DNA of 64,000 nucleotides from an uncultured bacterium (GTDB lineage Bacteria; Gemmatimonadota; Gemmatimonadetes; Palauibacterales; Palauibacteraceae), in contig CBDUVN010000002.1 in the NCBI GenBank assembly GCA_965370685.1, positions 15,065-79,064 of the forward strand. The letters run 5' to 3'. The notes beneath the pieces are model-generated. The model worked only from the letters and a program-made list of their open reading frames with translations, made no database searches and was not told the DNA's origin. Position 1 is the first letter of the stretch. Every line of letters starts with the position of its first letter. Shown piece after piece: positions 19,087 through 28,894 of this stretch. Both the position numbers and the translations under genes were made by a program.

Positions 19087-20013
19087 GTGGACAGGATCAC
19101 CGTAGTCGGAGCGGGCCACGTCGGAGCGACGACGGCCCAGAGGATCGCGGAGCGTGAGCTCGCTCGTGAAGTCGTAGTCGTCGATATCCTGGAAGGAGTC
19201 CCGCAGGGCAAGGCGCTGGACCAGTGGGAGTCTGCCCCGGTCGAGGGCTTCGATACCCGGGTGACGGGAGCGCAGGGGTACGAGGAAACGGCGGGCTCGG
19301 GGATCTACGTCGTGACCGCAGGTCTCGCCCGGAAGCCCGGAATGAGCCGCGACGACCTGTTGCGCAAGAACACGGAGATCATCGCGGGCATCTCCGAGGA
19401 GATCGCCCGGCACAGCCCGGACTCGATCATCATCATGGTCACGAACCCGCTGGACGTGATGTCTTACGTCGCCATGAAGAAGACCGGATTCGAGCGGCAG
19501 AGAGTCGTGGGCATGGCCGGCATTCTCGACACGGCCCGGTTCCGCAGCTTCATCGCGCTGGAGCTAGACGTGAGTGTGCTGGACATCCAGGCCCTGGTGC
19601 TCGGGGGGCACGGGGACAGCATGGTCCCGATCGTCAGCACCGTGACCGTGGGTGGAATCCCGCTCACGGAGATGCTGGCGACCGAGCGGATCGAGGCGCT
19701 GGTCGAGCGAACCCGCAAGGGCGGCGGCGAGATCGTCAAGCTGCTAGGAACTGGCAGCGCTTATTACGCTCCCTCGTCCGCGGCCGTCCAGATGGTCGAG
19801 GCGATCGTCCGCGATAAGAAACGGATCCTCCCGTGCGCCGCGTGGCTCGAGGGCGAATTCGGGCTCGACGGACTGTTCCTCGGTGTGCCGTGTAAGCTGG
19901 GTCGCGCCGGCCTCGAAGCCGTGCTCGAAGTCCCGTTGACGGACGGCGAGACGCAGGCGCTGCAGGCGTCGGCCGAGGCGGTACGTGGCACGATGGAGCT
20001 CCTGTCCCTCTGA
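19087..20013 (+). CDS. mdh: malate dehydrogenase (LDH-like NAD-dependent)
   Basis: GAGHVG NAD motif and catalytic region. 308 aa, GTG start. Confidence 0.9.
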   Translation: MDRITVVGAGHVGATTAQRIAERELAREVVVVDILEGVPQGKALDQWESAPVEGFDTRVTGAQGYEETAGSGIYVVTAGLARKPGMSRDDLLRKNTEIIAGISEEIARHSPDSIIIMVTNPLDVMSYVAMKKTGFERQRVVGMAGILDTARFRSFIALELDVSVLDIQALVLGGHGDSMVPIVSTVTVGGIPLTEMLATERIEALVERTRKGGGEIVKLLGTGSAYYAPSSAAVQMVEAIVRDKKRILPCAAWLEGEFGLDGLFLGVPCKLGRAGLEAVLEVPLTDGETQALQASAEAVRGTMELLSL

Positions 20014-20067
20014 GAGTGACGGGATCTGAGCCAGCGGGCCGGCGAACTCTGTGAGTTACCGAGCACT

Positions 20068-20589
20068 GTGAGCTACCTCGAGTTCCTGGCCCGCTGGTAC
20101 AACCTTCCATTCCTGGCCCTGGTCCTGGCCGGCCTCGCGGTCGGCCTGGCGGGCCGCCTCCGCCGGCGAAGAACCACCGCTGTTTCCACCGGTCTCATTG
20201 CCGCCGGAATCGTCGGGCTCACGTGGAACGGAGCACTCCACGACCTCGGACTGAGCGACTACGAGCGGCGGTTTCCCGTGATTCTGGCGAGCGCCGCTCT
20301 GATCGGTGCGCTGGTTGGAATCACGCTCGATCGGGCACGCAGGCGGCTGTTTCCAGCGGTGGAAGGCCTGGCCTTCACCGTGCCGGGGCTCGAAGGCAGC
20401 GCAGCGAGAATCGTTAGTCGGGAGGTCGGACCGGAGACCGCTTCGGGTCGGGCCCAGTGGAGAGATGAGGACGGAGTAATGCACATCGTCCGTGTGCACT
20501 CCGGAGATGAGTCGCTGCCGTTCGGCCGCGAGGTCCGCCTGCTGGCCTACGATCCCCGGGCCCGCTCCTATCTCGTCGAGACCGCTTGA
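20068..20589 (+). CDS. NfeD-like membrane protein (TM helices plus C-terminal OB-fold-like domain)
   Basis: Three hydrophobic segments, then a beta-rich C-terminus (GRAQWRDEDGVMHIVRVHSGDE...VRLLAYDP) resembling short NfeD/YuaF proteins. Confidence 0.5.
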   Translation: MSYLEFLARWYNLPFLALVLAGLAVGLAGRLRRRRTTAVSTGLIAAGIVGLTWNGALHDLGLSDYERRFPVILASAALIGALVGITLDRARRRLFPAVEGLAFTVPGLEGSAARIVSREVGPETASGRAQWRDEDGVMHIVRVHSGDESLPFGREVRLLAYDPRARSYLVETA

Positions 20590-20619
20590 AGCGGGTGAAC
20601 GGAGCACGCCGGCCGGCAG

Positions 20620-22053
20620 TCAGGTCAGCGGAAGCTCACTTTCGAGCAGCATGCGCGCCACGGTAACGTCAGCGGTCTCCGACAGATCGAATCGACGCGG
20701 TGGATCGATGCGCGTCCAGTCCGGGTCCCACAGCACCTGGACCTGCGGGCGGAACAGGTTCTCCGGGTTCGTGGCCAGGACCTGGGCGATCTCTCCGGTC
20801 GTGAGCTGAACATAAGAGTCGAGCGGGAAAGCCGAAATCTCGTTTACCAGCGCCGCCACGACACCCGGGTCGAACCACTCACCCCCCATCGACGCGACCT
20901 GCTCCAGCGCCTCTAGCGCCGTGTTCGGGGACCGGTAGGTCCGCGGGTGGGACAGAGCCTCGAATACGTCGGCCACGGCGACGAGTCTCGCCAGGGGATC
21001 GATCGAGCTGCCCTTGAGTCCGAGCGGGTATCCCTGACCCTGCCGTCGCTCGTGCTCCTGCAGCACGATCTGCTGCAGCCATTCATATCGAGACCCGAGC
21101 GGCTCGAGCGTCTCCGCTCCGAGCTGGGGGTGCGTGCGCAGTTCCTCGCGCTCTTCCTCGGAAAACGTCCCTGGATTCGCGAGCAGGGTCTGCGGAAGGC
21201 GGGCCATTCCAATGTCGTGCACGAGACCCGCCTGGATCGCGCGGACGATTTCTTCCGAAGGAAGGGCCATTCCGAGTGCCAGCTTGCCGGCAATCACCGC
21301 CACGTTGGTCGAATGGCTGGCCAGATCGTAGGGAGCATGAGGCTCGAGCGAGCGGTTCACGAGCACGTTGTCATGCAGCAGGCTGGTGTGGATTCGTTCT
21401 GCTATTAGGCGGGTCTCGCCCAGCGACAGGGCCTCTCCCCGGCCGACTGAATCGAGAACCTGCTCGATAGCCGCCTTCGCTTCGTCGTACAGCTGACTCG
21501 ATGCGCCCGCACGTGGCGTCCGGGCCCTCAAGTTCCCGGCGCGGTCGAGTCTCGCTGCCAGGAGAACCCGGCAGGCGGCTACGAGGAGCGCAGGCGAGCA
21601 GGGAAGGGTGAAGTACGAGTCAGCTCCACGGACCCGCTCGACGGGATCCCCGCCCCGCGATCCGTCGAGCAGAAGCAGGGTCCGCATCTCCGAGTGTTGG
21701 CGCTGCGTGTCGACTCCGGCTTGTGAACCGGCATCCTCCGGTCGGTCCGACCATACGTCCTCGTGGATCACCAGCAAGGTCGCGCCGGACTCCCTGCCTG
21801 CAGCGAGCGGGTCACCGATATCTCCGGCATCCAGTACGATCGCCTCCGGATCGGCGTCGAGCAGGATCCGCAGCAGCTCGTCCGCGCCCGTGGAAGGGAG
21901 CAGCACCGCCATTCTCGGGGGACCGTCTCCGGGCATTCCGGCTGTCGTCGATCTCATCGAGTCCGTCTCCGCATCGGGTTCAGGCTCCGGTCGTCCGGAG
22001 CGATTATGGAATTCTAGCAGGTATCGGCCCCGGCATGCCACGCGCCCTCGCAT
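20620..22053 (-). CDS. HD-GYP domain phosphodiesterase with degenerate N-terminal receiver-like domain
   Basis: HD motif (LVHDIGM) and GYP motif (QGQGYPLG). N-terminal (beta/alpha)5-like region lacks the canonical phospho-acceptor Asp (LLVIHEDVW). Start may be an internal Met. Confidence 0.8.
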   Translation of the reverse strand: MRGRVACRGRYLLEFHNRSGRPEPEPDAETDSMRSTTAGMPGDGPPRMAVLLPSTGADELLRILLDADPEAIVLDAGDIGDPLAAGRESGATLLVIHEDVWSDRPEDAGSQAGVDTQRQHSEMRTLLLLDGSRGGDPVERVRGADSYFTLPCSPALLVAACRVLLAARLDRAGNLRARTPRAGASSQLYDEAKAAIEQVLDSVGRGEALSLGETRLIAERIHTSLLHDNVLVNRSLEPHAPYDLASHSTNVAVIAGKLALGMALPSEEIVRAIQAGLVHDIGMARLPQTLLANPGTFSEEEREELRTHPQLGAETLEPLGSRYEWLQQIVLQEHERRQGQGYPLGLKGSSIDPLARLVAVADVFEALSHPRTYRSPNTALEALEQVASMGGEWFDPGVVAALVNEISAFPLDSYVQLTTGEIAQVLATNPENLFRPQVQVLWDPDWTRIDPPRRFDLSETADVTVARMLLESELPLT

Positions 22054-22082
22054 CGCACCGGGCGTCGGAGCATGTTATTGCC

Positions 22083-22457
22083 ATGTTCAGAACCGCATGG
22101 ACCATCGGATCGATATCGGCGTTCCTCGGGGTCGCCGCCGGCGCTTTCGGAGCGCACGCCCTGCAGACTCGACTGACCCCTGAGTTGCTCCTCGTGTACG
22201 AGACGGGCGTTCGCTACCAGCTGATTCACGCGCTCGCCCTCCTGGCCGTGGGACTTGCCGCGGTGCACCGTCCGTCCGGCAGATGGGCGATCCCCGTCGG
22301 TCTGTTCACCGCCGGGACGGTGCTGTTCTCCGGCAGCCTGTACGCGCTTGCCCTGTCAGGAGTCCGCTGGCTCGGAGCCGTGACCCCGCTCGGCGGAGTC
22401 TGCTTCCTCGTGGGGTGGCTGGCAGTAATCTGGATCGTGCTCCGCGCCGGGCGTTAG
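22083..22457 (+). CDS. DUF423-family small membrane protein
   Basis: 124 aa, 4 TM helices, GAFGAH motif. Confidence 0.65.
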   Translation: MFRTAWTIGSISAFLGVAAGAFGAHALQTRLTPELLLVYETGVRYQLIHALALLAVGLAAVHRPSGRWAIPVGLFTAGTVLFSGSLYALALSGVRWLGAVTPLGGVCFLVGWLAVIWIVLRAGR

Positions 22458-23008
22458 AGACGCGGGAGAGTCACCCCTGTCTGTCCCTGGTATTTCCCGC
22501 GCTTGTCAGCATAGCTCACCTCACACGGCTCGTCGGACTCGAAGAACAGGACCTGCGCGATCCCCTCGTTGGCGTAGATCCGCGCCGGCAGCGGCGTCGT
22601 GTTGCTGATTTCCAGCGTCACGTGCCCTTCCCACTCGGGCTCGAACGGCGTGACGTTCGTGATGATCCCGCAGCGGGCGTAGGTCGACTTGCCGACGCAG
22701 ATCGTCAGTACGTTGCGCGGAATACGGAAGTACTCGATCGAGCGCGCCAGGGCGAAGGAATTGGGCGGCACGATGCACACCTCCCCCTGGAATTCCACGA
22801 ACGATCGCTCGTCGAAATTCTTCGGGTCCACGACCGGCGACAGCGCATTGTGGAAAATCCGGAATTCGTCCGACACTCGCATGTCGTAGCCATAGCTTGA
22901 CAGCCCATAGGAGATGCAGCCCTCCCGAACCTGCTGTTCGGTAAACGGCTCGATCATCGCGTGCTCGGTTGCCATGCGGCGGATCCAGCGATCGCTCTTG
23001 ATGCTCAT
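22454..23008 (-). CDS. dcd: dCTP deaminase
   Basis: 184 aa with strong similarity pattern to Dcd ([24 protein letters not shown]). Confidence 0.92.
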   Translation of the reverse strand: MSIKSDRWIRRMATEHAMIEPFTEQQVREGCISYGLSSYGYDMRVSDEFRIFHNALSPVVDPKNFDERSFVEFQGEVCIVPPNSFALARSIEYFRIPRNVLTICVGKSTYARCGIITNVTPFEPEWEGHVTLEISNTTPLPARIYANEGIAQVLFFESDEPCEVSYADKRGKYQGQTGVTLPRL

Positions 23009-23023
23009 CGTGTCTCGGTTCTT

Positions 23024-23875
23024 TCAAGCTGAGGATTTTCGGTCCAATTCAACAATCAGCTCCACGACGCGTTCGGGTGCCTCTTCGGGAACGCCATGCG
23101 CACAGTGCTCCAGCACCGTGCACGACCCGCCGAGTCTGTCGGACCAGCGCCGGGCCGTCGCGGCCGGGGCTCGTCGATCGAGGCCGCCCGTCAGCACGTG
23201 CACCGGAATGCCCGCCGGCCGGTCGTACGCCGCCAGCTCCGAGGGACGCCAGTCGGCGAGCACTCGTGCGAGGGTACGTGCCCGCTCAGGGCTCGCGAAC
23301 GCGGCCGCATACTTGGTCACGGCTTCCTCGGTCGTGCGAGCCGGGTCGGCGTACACTCGCCGCGTGAGGATATACCGGGTCAGGGGACGACGGTAGTGCC
23401 GCAGCACGGGAGCGACCGCCTGCCTTACCAGCTCGTACTCGAGGAGGCCCAGCAGCGGGGGACGCCGGGTCCACGGGGTCACGGGATTCACGAGGAGCAG
23501 AGCCCTGCACCCTCGCCAGGCGCACAGCGCCACGGCGAGGGCGGCGCCCTGCGAATGTCCGGCGACGATCGGCCGTCGCAGTCCGAGTGCGTCGGTAAAC
23601 GCATTCAGACGCGACACCTCGTCCTCCAGGCGGAATCGAGTCTCGCCGCCGGCAGCGGAGGTGCCGCGCCCGGCGAGATCGGGACGAACCACCCGAAACC
23701 GGTCACTCAGCAGCAATGCGACATCATCCCACTCGCCCCGGTGAGCGCTCAGGCCGTGGATCAACAGCAGGTCCGGACCGCTTCCCTCGACGCTCGCACT
23801 GAGGCTCGCCGTCGGGTTCGAACGACACCCGACCGCCGCCTCGGGTAACGACTCTTGTGCTCGGGAACAGGTCAT
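23024..23875 (-). CDS. alpha/beta-fold hydrolase
   Basis: LLLIHG, nucleophile elbow GHSQG, C-terminal His region. Start set at Met77 of the 359-aa ORF (uncertain). Confidence 0.7.
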   Translation of the reverse strand: MTCSRAQESLPEAAVGCRSNPTASLSASVEGSGPDLLLIHGLSAHRGEWDDVALLLSDRFRVVRPDLAGRGTSAAGGETRFRLEDEVSRLNAFTDALGLRRPIVAGHSQGAALAVALCAWRGCRALLLVNPVTPWTRRPPLLGLLEYELVRQAVAPVLRHYRRPLTRYILTRRVYADPARTTEEAVTKYAAAFASPERARTLARVLADWRPSELAAYDRPAGIPVHVLTGGLDRRAPAATARRWSDRLGGSCTVLEHCAHGVPEEAPERVVELIVELDRKSSA

Positions 23876-24007
23876 AGTCTCTTGTCCGCTACGTGTGGCA
23901 GAGCGCATCGCTGGAAGTTGGCGAAACACGCGTGAAACCGCACGTTTGGTTGTCGCTGCCAGCGACCGCGACTGTATTCGGCGCGGCATGCCAGCCCTTT
24001 CATTCAA

Positions 24008-24379
24008 GTGCCGGGACGGGTCATGCAGCAGGCATACATCGGCATCGTGATGACTCTTGTGTTCGGCATCTTCGTCGCCGGGGCTTTCCTCGTTCTGTCT
24101 CATCTGGCGAGCGTGCGACGGCCGACCGCCGTGAAGCTGTCTCCCTACGAGTCGGGCATGGACGTGCTCGGAGACACACGGGAACGCTTTTCGGTGAAGT
24201 TCTACATCGTCGCGATCCTGTTCATCGTATTCGACATCGAGGTCATCTTCTTTCTACCGTGGGCCTCGATATTCCGTGAGCTCGGACTGTTTGGCCTGAT
24301 CGAGATGTTCGTGTTCGTGATCGTGCTCGGAGCAGGTCTCGCCTACGTCTGGAAGAAGGGCGCTCTCGAATGGGATTGA
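24008..24379 (+). CDS. nuoA: NADH-quinone oxidoreductase subunit A
   Basis: 3 TM helices with KLSPYESG motif. Alternative start at ATG 24023. Confidence 0.88.
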   Translation: MPGRVMQQAYIGIVMTLVFGIFVAGAFLVLSHLASVRRPTAVKLSPYESGMDVLGDTRERFSVKFYIVAILFIVFDIEVIFFLPWASIFRELGLFGLIEMFVFVIVLGAGLAYVWKKGALEWD

Positions 24380-24398
24380 CCGGAGGAGACCGAGAGGG

Positions 24399-25100
24399 AT
24401 GACGAGCGGCAGGAAGGACCTCCCGACGATTCAGGGACTCGAAGCGGGTGCGGATACGGGCCCGCCGCGGTCGTGGCTGACCACGAGAGTCGATTATGTC
24501 GTCAACTGGTCGCGCCGGAATTCTCTGTGGCCGATGCCGTTCGGCACTGCATGCTGCGCGATCGAGATGATGGCCTCGGCGAGCTCGAAGTATGACATGG
24601 CGCGGTTCGGCATGGAGCGATTCTCGTTCAGCCCCCGCCAGGCGGACGTGATGATCGTCGCGGGCCGGCTGAGCTATAAGCTGGCTCCGGTGCTGCGGCG
24701 CGTGTGGGACCAGATGCCACAGCCCAAGTGGTGCATTTCGATGGGGGCATGCGCCAGCTCCGGCGGGATGTTCGACAACTACACGATCGTCCAGGGGATC
24801 GACCAGATCATTCCGGTCGATGTGTACGTGCCCGGGTGCCCGCCCCGCCCCGAGAGTCTGATCTACGCGCTGCTCATGATCCAGGAGAAGATCAAGGGCG
24901 AGTCTCTCGTGAATCCCGATCTTCGCTCGGAGAGTCCCGACGCCGCCGGAAGGCCGAACCTGCCGCCGGAGGTCATCGAGCTGGTCGCGCAGCCGTTCGG
25001 GAATTCCACTCGTCAGAATCGGGTGAGCGGTGTCGTGCCGAGCGGGGCGATCGATCGCCCGCGCGACCGGCTCGAACGACTGCTCGAGCACCAGGACTGA
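24399..25100 (+). CDS. nuoB: NADH-quinone oxidoreductase subunit B (with about 65-aa C-terminal extension)
   Basis: Motifs [21 protein letters not shown]. Extension after IQEKIKGE. Confidence 0.93.
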   Translation: MTSGRKDLPTIQGLEAGADTGPPRSWLTTRVDYVVNWSRRNSLWPMPFGTACCAIEMMASASSKYDMARFGMERFSFSPRQADVMIVAGRLSYKLAPVLRRVWDQMPQPKWCISMGACASSGGMFDNYTIVQGIDQIIPVDVYVPGCPPRPESLIYALLMIQEKIKGESLVNPDLRSESPDAAGRPNLPPEVIELVAQPFGNSTRQNRVSGVVPSGAIDRPRDRLERLLEHQD

Positions 25101-25105
25101 CGACC

Positions 25106-26977
25106 ATGCCTTCGACCGCAGTCCCACCGGAGTCAATCGAGATCGTTGCCGGTGTCCCTCGGCCTGACGGCGGGCCGGGCGCGGATCCGGCAGTCGTGGC
25201 GCTGCGCAAACGGTTCGCAGGCGCGGTGCTGTCGGTACATGCGGATGCCGTGGACGTGCCCGTCGTGATCGTCGAGGCAGCGAGAATCTACGATGTACTC
25301 GAATTCCTGAAGACCGACCCCGGGATGTCGTACGACCTGCTCGCAGACCTGATGGGAGTGGACATCGGCGGCGGACGGCCGATCCGTGTCTGGTACCAGC
25401 TCTGGTCGATGACGCACGGGCGGCAGCTGCGAGTGGAGTGCAGGGTTCCGTTCGATGACCTGGAGATCCGGTCCGTCACCTCCCTGTGGCGGGCGGCGAA
25501 CTGGCTCGAGCGTGAACTGTGGGACATGTACGGCGTGACGTTCACGGGACACCCCGATCTTCGCCGCATCCTGATGCCGGAGAACTACGATGAAGGGTTC
25601 CCGCTACGGAAGGACTTTCCGTTGCGCGGACGCTTCGCCCGTTCCGAGCAGGTGCGCCGTGCGCTGGAGCGGAAGGGCGAGGAGATCTACTCCCGCGAAG
25701 AACTCGAGATGGCAGGGGTACTGCCGGGCTTACGCGCGCAGGGCGATGATTTGAGCGGTTTTCCCGAGCTCGGGCCGGGGATGTTTCCGGAAGCAGCGGT
25801 AGACGGGCTCGAGGCCGATCGGATGGTGATCAACATGGGACCGCAGCACCCTGCGACGCACGGTGTGCTGCGACTCGTACTGCAGCTGGACGGCGAGACC
25901 GTGGAGCGCTGCATTCCCCATATCGGGTACCTGCACACGGGCTTCGAGAAGACGTGCGAGTATCGCGAGTGGAACCAGGTGATTCCGTATACGGACCGGA
26001 TGGACTACCTGGCTCCGATGATCTACAACGTGGCCTACGCGGGCGCCGTCGAGAGTCTGCTGGGGATTGAGATCACACCCCGGTGCACCGTCATCCGGTT
26101 GATTCTGACGGAGTTGAACCGGTTGCTCGGACATCTGCTGTGGCTCGGGACCACGGCGATGGATCTCGGCGCGACGACGGTGTTCATCTACACGTTCCAG
26201 GAACGCGAGACGATCTACAATCTGCACGAAGCGTTCTGCGGGACACGGATCACCAACTCGGCCACCCGTATCGGCGGCATGCTCGCGGATCTTCCGGCCG
26301 GCTGGGTCGAGGCGTGCAGGGACTTCATCGAGCGTCTCCCGGCCACGCTGGATGAGAGCGAGCGCCTGCTCACGCGCAACAGCATCTGGATGGGGAGAAC
26401 GGTCGGCGTAGGAGTGATCGATGCGGAGACGGCGCTCAACTTCGGAATGACCGGCCCCAACCTGCGAGCCAGCGGAATCGCGTACGACGTGCGAAAGGCC
26501 CGACCGTATCTCGGATACGAGGAGTATGATTTCGATGTGCCCGTCGGAGTGACCGGCGACTGTTACGACAGGTACCTCGTCCGGCTGGCGGAGATGCGAC
26601 AGAGCATCCGCATCCTCGAGCAGGCGCTGGACCGCCTGCCGGACGGACCGCTCAATGTCGATGACCCGGCTATCATCCTGCCGCCAAAGAGTGCGGCGAT
26701 GTCGTCGATCGACTCGATGATCGCTCACTTCAAGCTCGTGATGGAGGGCCTCCAGGTCCCGGCGGGCGAGGTGTGGTATTCGGTCGAGGCGACGAAGGGC
26801 GAACTCGGCATCGGGATCATCTCCGACGGTGGGTCGAAACCCGTCCGCTGCCGCTTCCGGGCGCCATCGTTCGTGAACATGGCCGTGCTCCCGTATCTCG
26901 TCGAGGGAGGGCTGGTCTCGGACGTGATCACGGCGAATGCGAGCATTGACATCGTGTTGGGCGAGATCGACCGGTAA
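25106..26977 (+). CDS. nuoCD: NADH-quinone oxidoreductase fused subunits C/D
   Basis: 623 aa. NuoC region (ERELWDMYG) then NuoD region (GPQHPATHGVLRL...). Confidence 0.93.
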   Translation: MPSTAVPPESIEIVAGVPRPDGGPGADPAVVALRKRFAGAVLSVHADAVDVPVVIVEAARIYDVLEFLKTDPGMSYDLLADLMGVDIGGGRPIRVWYQLWSMTHGRQLRVECRVPFDDLEIRSVTSLWRAANWLERELWDMYGVTFTGHPDLRRILMPENYDEGFPLRKDFPLRGRFARSEQVRRALERKGEEIYSREELEMAGVLPGLRAQGDDLSGFPELGPGMFPEAAVDGLEADRMVINMGPQHPATHGVLRLVLQLDGETVERCIPHIGYLHTGFEKTCEYREWNQVIPYTDRMDYLAPMIYNVAYAGAVESLLGIEITPRCTVIRLILTELNRLLGHLLWLGTTAMDLGATTVFIYTFQERETIYNLHEAFCGTRITNSATRIGGMLADLPAGWVEACRDFIERLPATLDESERLLTRNSIWMGRTVGVGVIDAETALNFGMTGPNLRASGIAYDVRKARPYLGYEEYDFDVPVGVTGDCYDRYLVRLAEMRQSIRILEQALDRLPDGPLNVDDPAIILPPKSAAMSSIDSMIAHFKLVMEGLQVPAGEVWYSVEATKGELGIGIISDGGSKPVRCRFRAPSFVNMAVLPYLVEGGLVSDVITANASIDIVLGEIDR

Positions 26978-27012
26978 ATGCGCGGCACCGGCAAGATCCG
27001 TCCGGATCCTGA

Positions 27013-27588
27013 ATGGAGAGAGCGCGAGACGTGAAGAAAGTCCACCCGGCGGTAGTGAGCGCGCAGGCGTTTCAGGTAGCGGATCACCGCCCCGTCGAGC
27101 GTCTGTTCGACGATGCGGAGGGGAAGGACCGACGCGATAAGGCATTGAGCCGGTATCCCGAGAAAAGGGCAGCCCTGCTTCCGATGCTCGCGTACGCGCA
27201 GGAACGGAACGGCTGGATCTCGTCGGAGAACATGGAGGAGATAGCGGAGACGCTGGAGTTGACTCCGGCGTACGTCAGGTCCGTGGCCACGTTCTACACG
27301 ATGTACGCCAAACGGCCCGTGGGTAAGTACTGGATCCAGGTGTGCACCTGCATCTCGTGCCACGTCAACCGGGGGGAAGAGGTGTTCGAGGCGTTTCTCG
27401 AGCACACGGGGACCCGGGCTGGAGAGGTGTCTGAAGACGGAAAGTGGACAGTGATCGAGGCCGAGTGTCTTGGCGCCTGTGGCTTCGCCACGGCCGTGCA
27501 GGTCAACGATCAGTATTTCGAGAGCGTCACCCCGGAAACGGTGCCGGAGATACTCGCCCAGCTCGAGAAGGGCGGATCCGAGGAATAG
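27013..27588 (+). CDS. nuoE: NADH-quinone oxidoreductase subunit E
   Basis: 2Fe-2S motif CTCISCH...CLGACG. Confidence 0.9.
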   Translation: MERARDVKKVHPAVVSAQAFQVADHRPVERLFDDAEGKDRRDKALSRYPEKRAALLPMLAYAQERNGWISSENMEEIAETLELTPAYVRSVATFYTMYAKRPVGKYWIQVCTCISCHVNRGEEVFEAFLEHTGTRAGEVSEDGKWTVIEAECLGACGFATAVQVNDQYFESVTPETVPEILAQLEKGGSEE

Positions 27589-28866
27589 ATGGGATATCCG
27601 CACAGTCACGAACTCGAAGTCGTCACGATCCTCTCCCGGCACTTCGGCGACCCGAAGGCCCGGGATCTGCAGACCTGGCTCTCGTACGGTGGGTATGAAG
27701 GCCTGAAACAGGCCCTGGGGATGGAGCCCGGCGAGATCACGACCGTGGTCAAGGACTCCGGCCTTCGGGGAAGGGGAGGGGCCGGCTTTCCGACCGGGCT
27801 GAAGTGGACTTTCATGCCGCAGGAGCAGAAGGGACCGCACTACCTGTGCTGCAACGCGGACGAGTCCGAGCCGGGAGCGTTCAAGGATCGTGAGATTCTG
27901 CGCTGGGTCCCACACCTTCTCATCGAGGGTTGCCTGATCGCGGCACGGGCGATTCGTGCGGAGCACATCTACATTTATGTGCGGGGTGAGTACTTCCCGT
28001 TTACCAACATCCTCAACGACGCCGTGGTCGAGGCCTACGAGGCCGGCTACATCGGCGCGAATATCCTGGGGAGCGGGTGGAACTGTGACCTGACGGTGCA
28101 CATTGGCGCCGGAGCCTACATCGCCGGTGAAGAGACCGGACTGATGAGTTCCCTGACCGGAGGGAGGGCGGAGCCCACGATCAAGCCGCCGTTCCCGGCG
28201 CAGTCGGGAGTATTCGGCAGTCCGACCACCGTGAACAACGTCGAGACCCTGGCCGCCGTGCCGATGATCGTGGTGAACGGCTCCGACTGGTACCGGCAGT
28301 GGGGCACGGAGAAGAGCCCGGGAACGAAGCTGTGGTGCTGCTCGGGTCACCTCGAACGCCCGGGCAACTATGAACTGGCGCTTGGCGTCTCCCTGAAGGA
28401 CGTGATTTACGAAGTGTGCGGAGGCGCACCCGGCGGCAAGAAGATCAAGGCCGTGATTCCGGGAGGCTCTTCCACTGCGATGCTTACGCCGGACGAGCTG
28501 GACGTGCCAACGACATACGAGGGACTGCAGGAGGCGGGCAGCTCGCTCGGTACGGCCTCTCCCATCGTGCTCAACGAAGATGTGAACATCGTCCGGGCGA
28601 TGCGTCGCATCGCCGATTTCTACGCCCACGAATCCTGCGGTCAGTGCGTTCAGTGCCGCGAAGGCACGTCGTGGGTGGCCCAGATCCTCAAGCGGATCGA
28701 GGTCGGGGACGGCCGTCTGTCGGACCTCGACACTCTGTACGATCTGTGTGAACAGCTCACCGGACGCACGATCTGCGTTCTCGCCGACAGCGTGGTCTTC
28801 CCGCTCCGGTCTTCGCTGGACAAGTTCCGCGGGGAGTACGAGGCGCTGATCGGCGGACGGGCCTGA
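27589..28866 (+). CDS. nuoF: NADH-quinone oxidoreductase subunit F
   Basis: GRGGAGFPTGLKW FMN/NADH motif and 4Fe-4S ESCGQCVQCREG. Confidence 0.95.
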   Translation: MGYPHSHELEVVTILSRHFGDPKARDLQTWLSYGGYEGLKQALGMEPGEITTVVKDSGLRGRGGAGFPTGLKWTFMPQEQKGPHYLCCNADESEPGAFKDREILRWVPHLLIEGCLIAARAIRAEHIYIYVRGEYFPFTNILNDAVVEAYEAGYIGANILGSGWNCDLTVHIGAGAYIAGEETGLMSSLTGGRAEPTIKPPFPAQSGVFGSPTTVNNVETLAAVPMIVVNGSDWYRQWGTEKSPGTKLWCCSGHLERPGNYELALGVSLKDVIYEVCGGAPGGKKIKAVIPGGSSTAMLTPDELDVPTTYEGLQEAGSSLGTASPIVLNEDVNIVRAMRRIADFYAHESCGQCVQCREGTSWVAQILKRIEVGDGRLSDLDTLYDLCEQLTGRTICVLADSVVFPLRSSLDKFRGEYEALIGGRA

Positions 28867-28894
28867 ACCGAGCCCTGCGAGGCACGAGACACGG

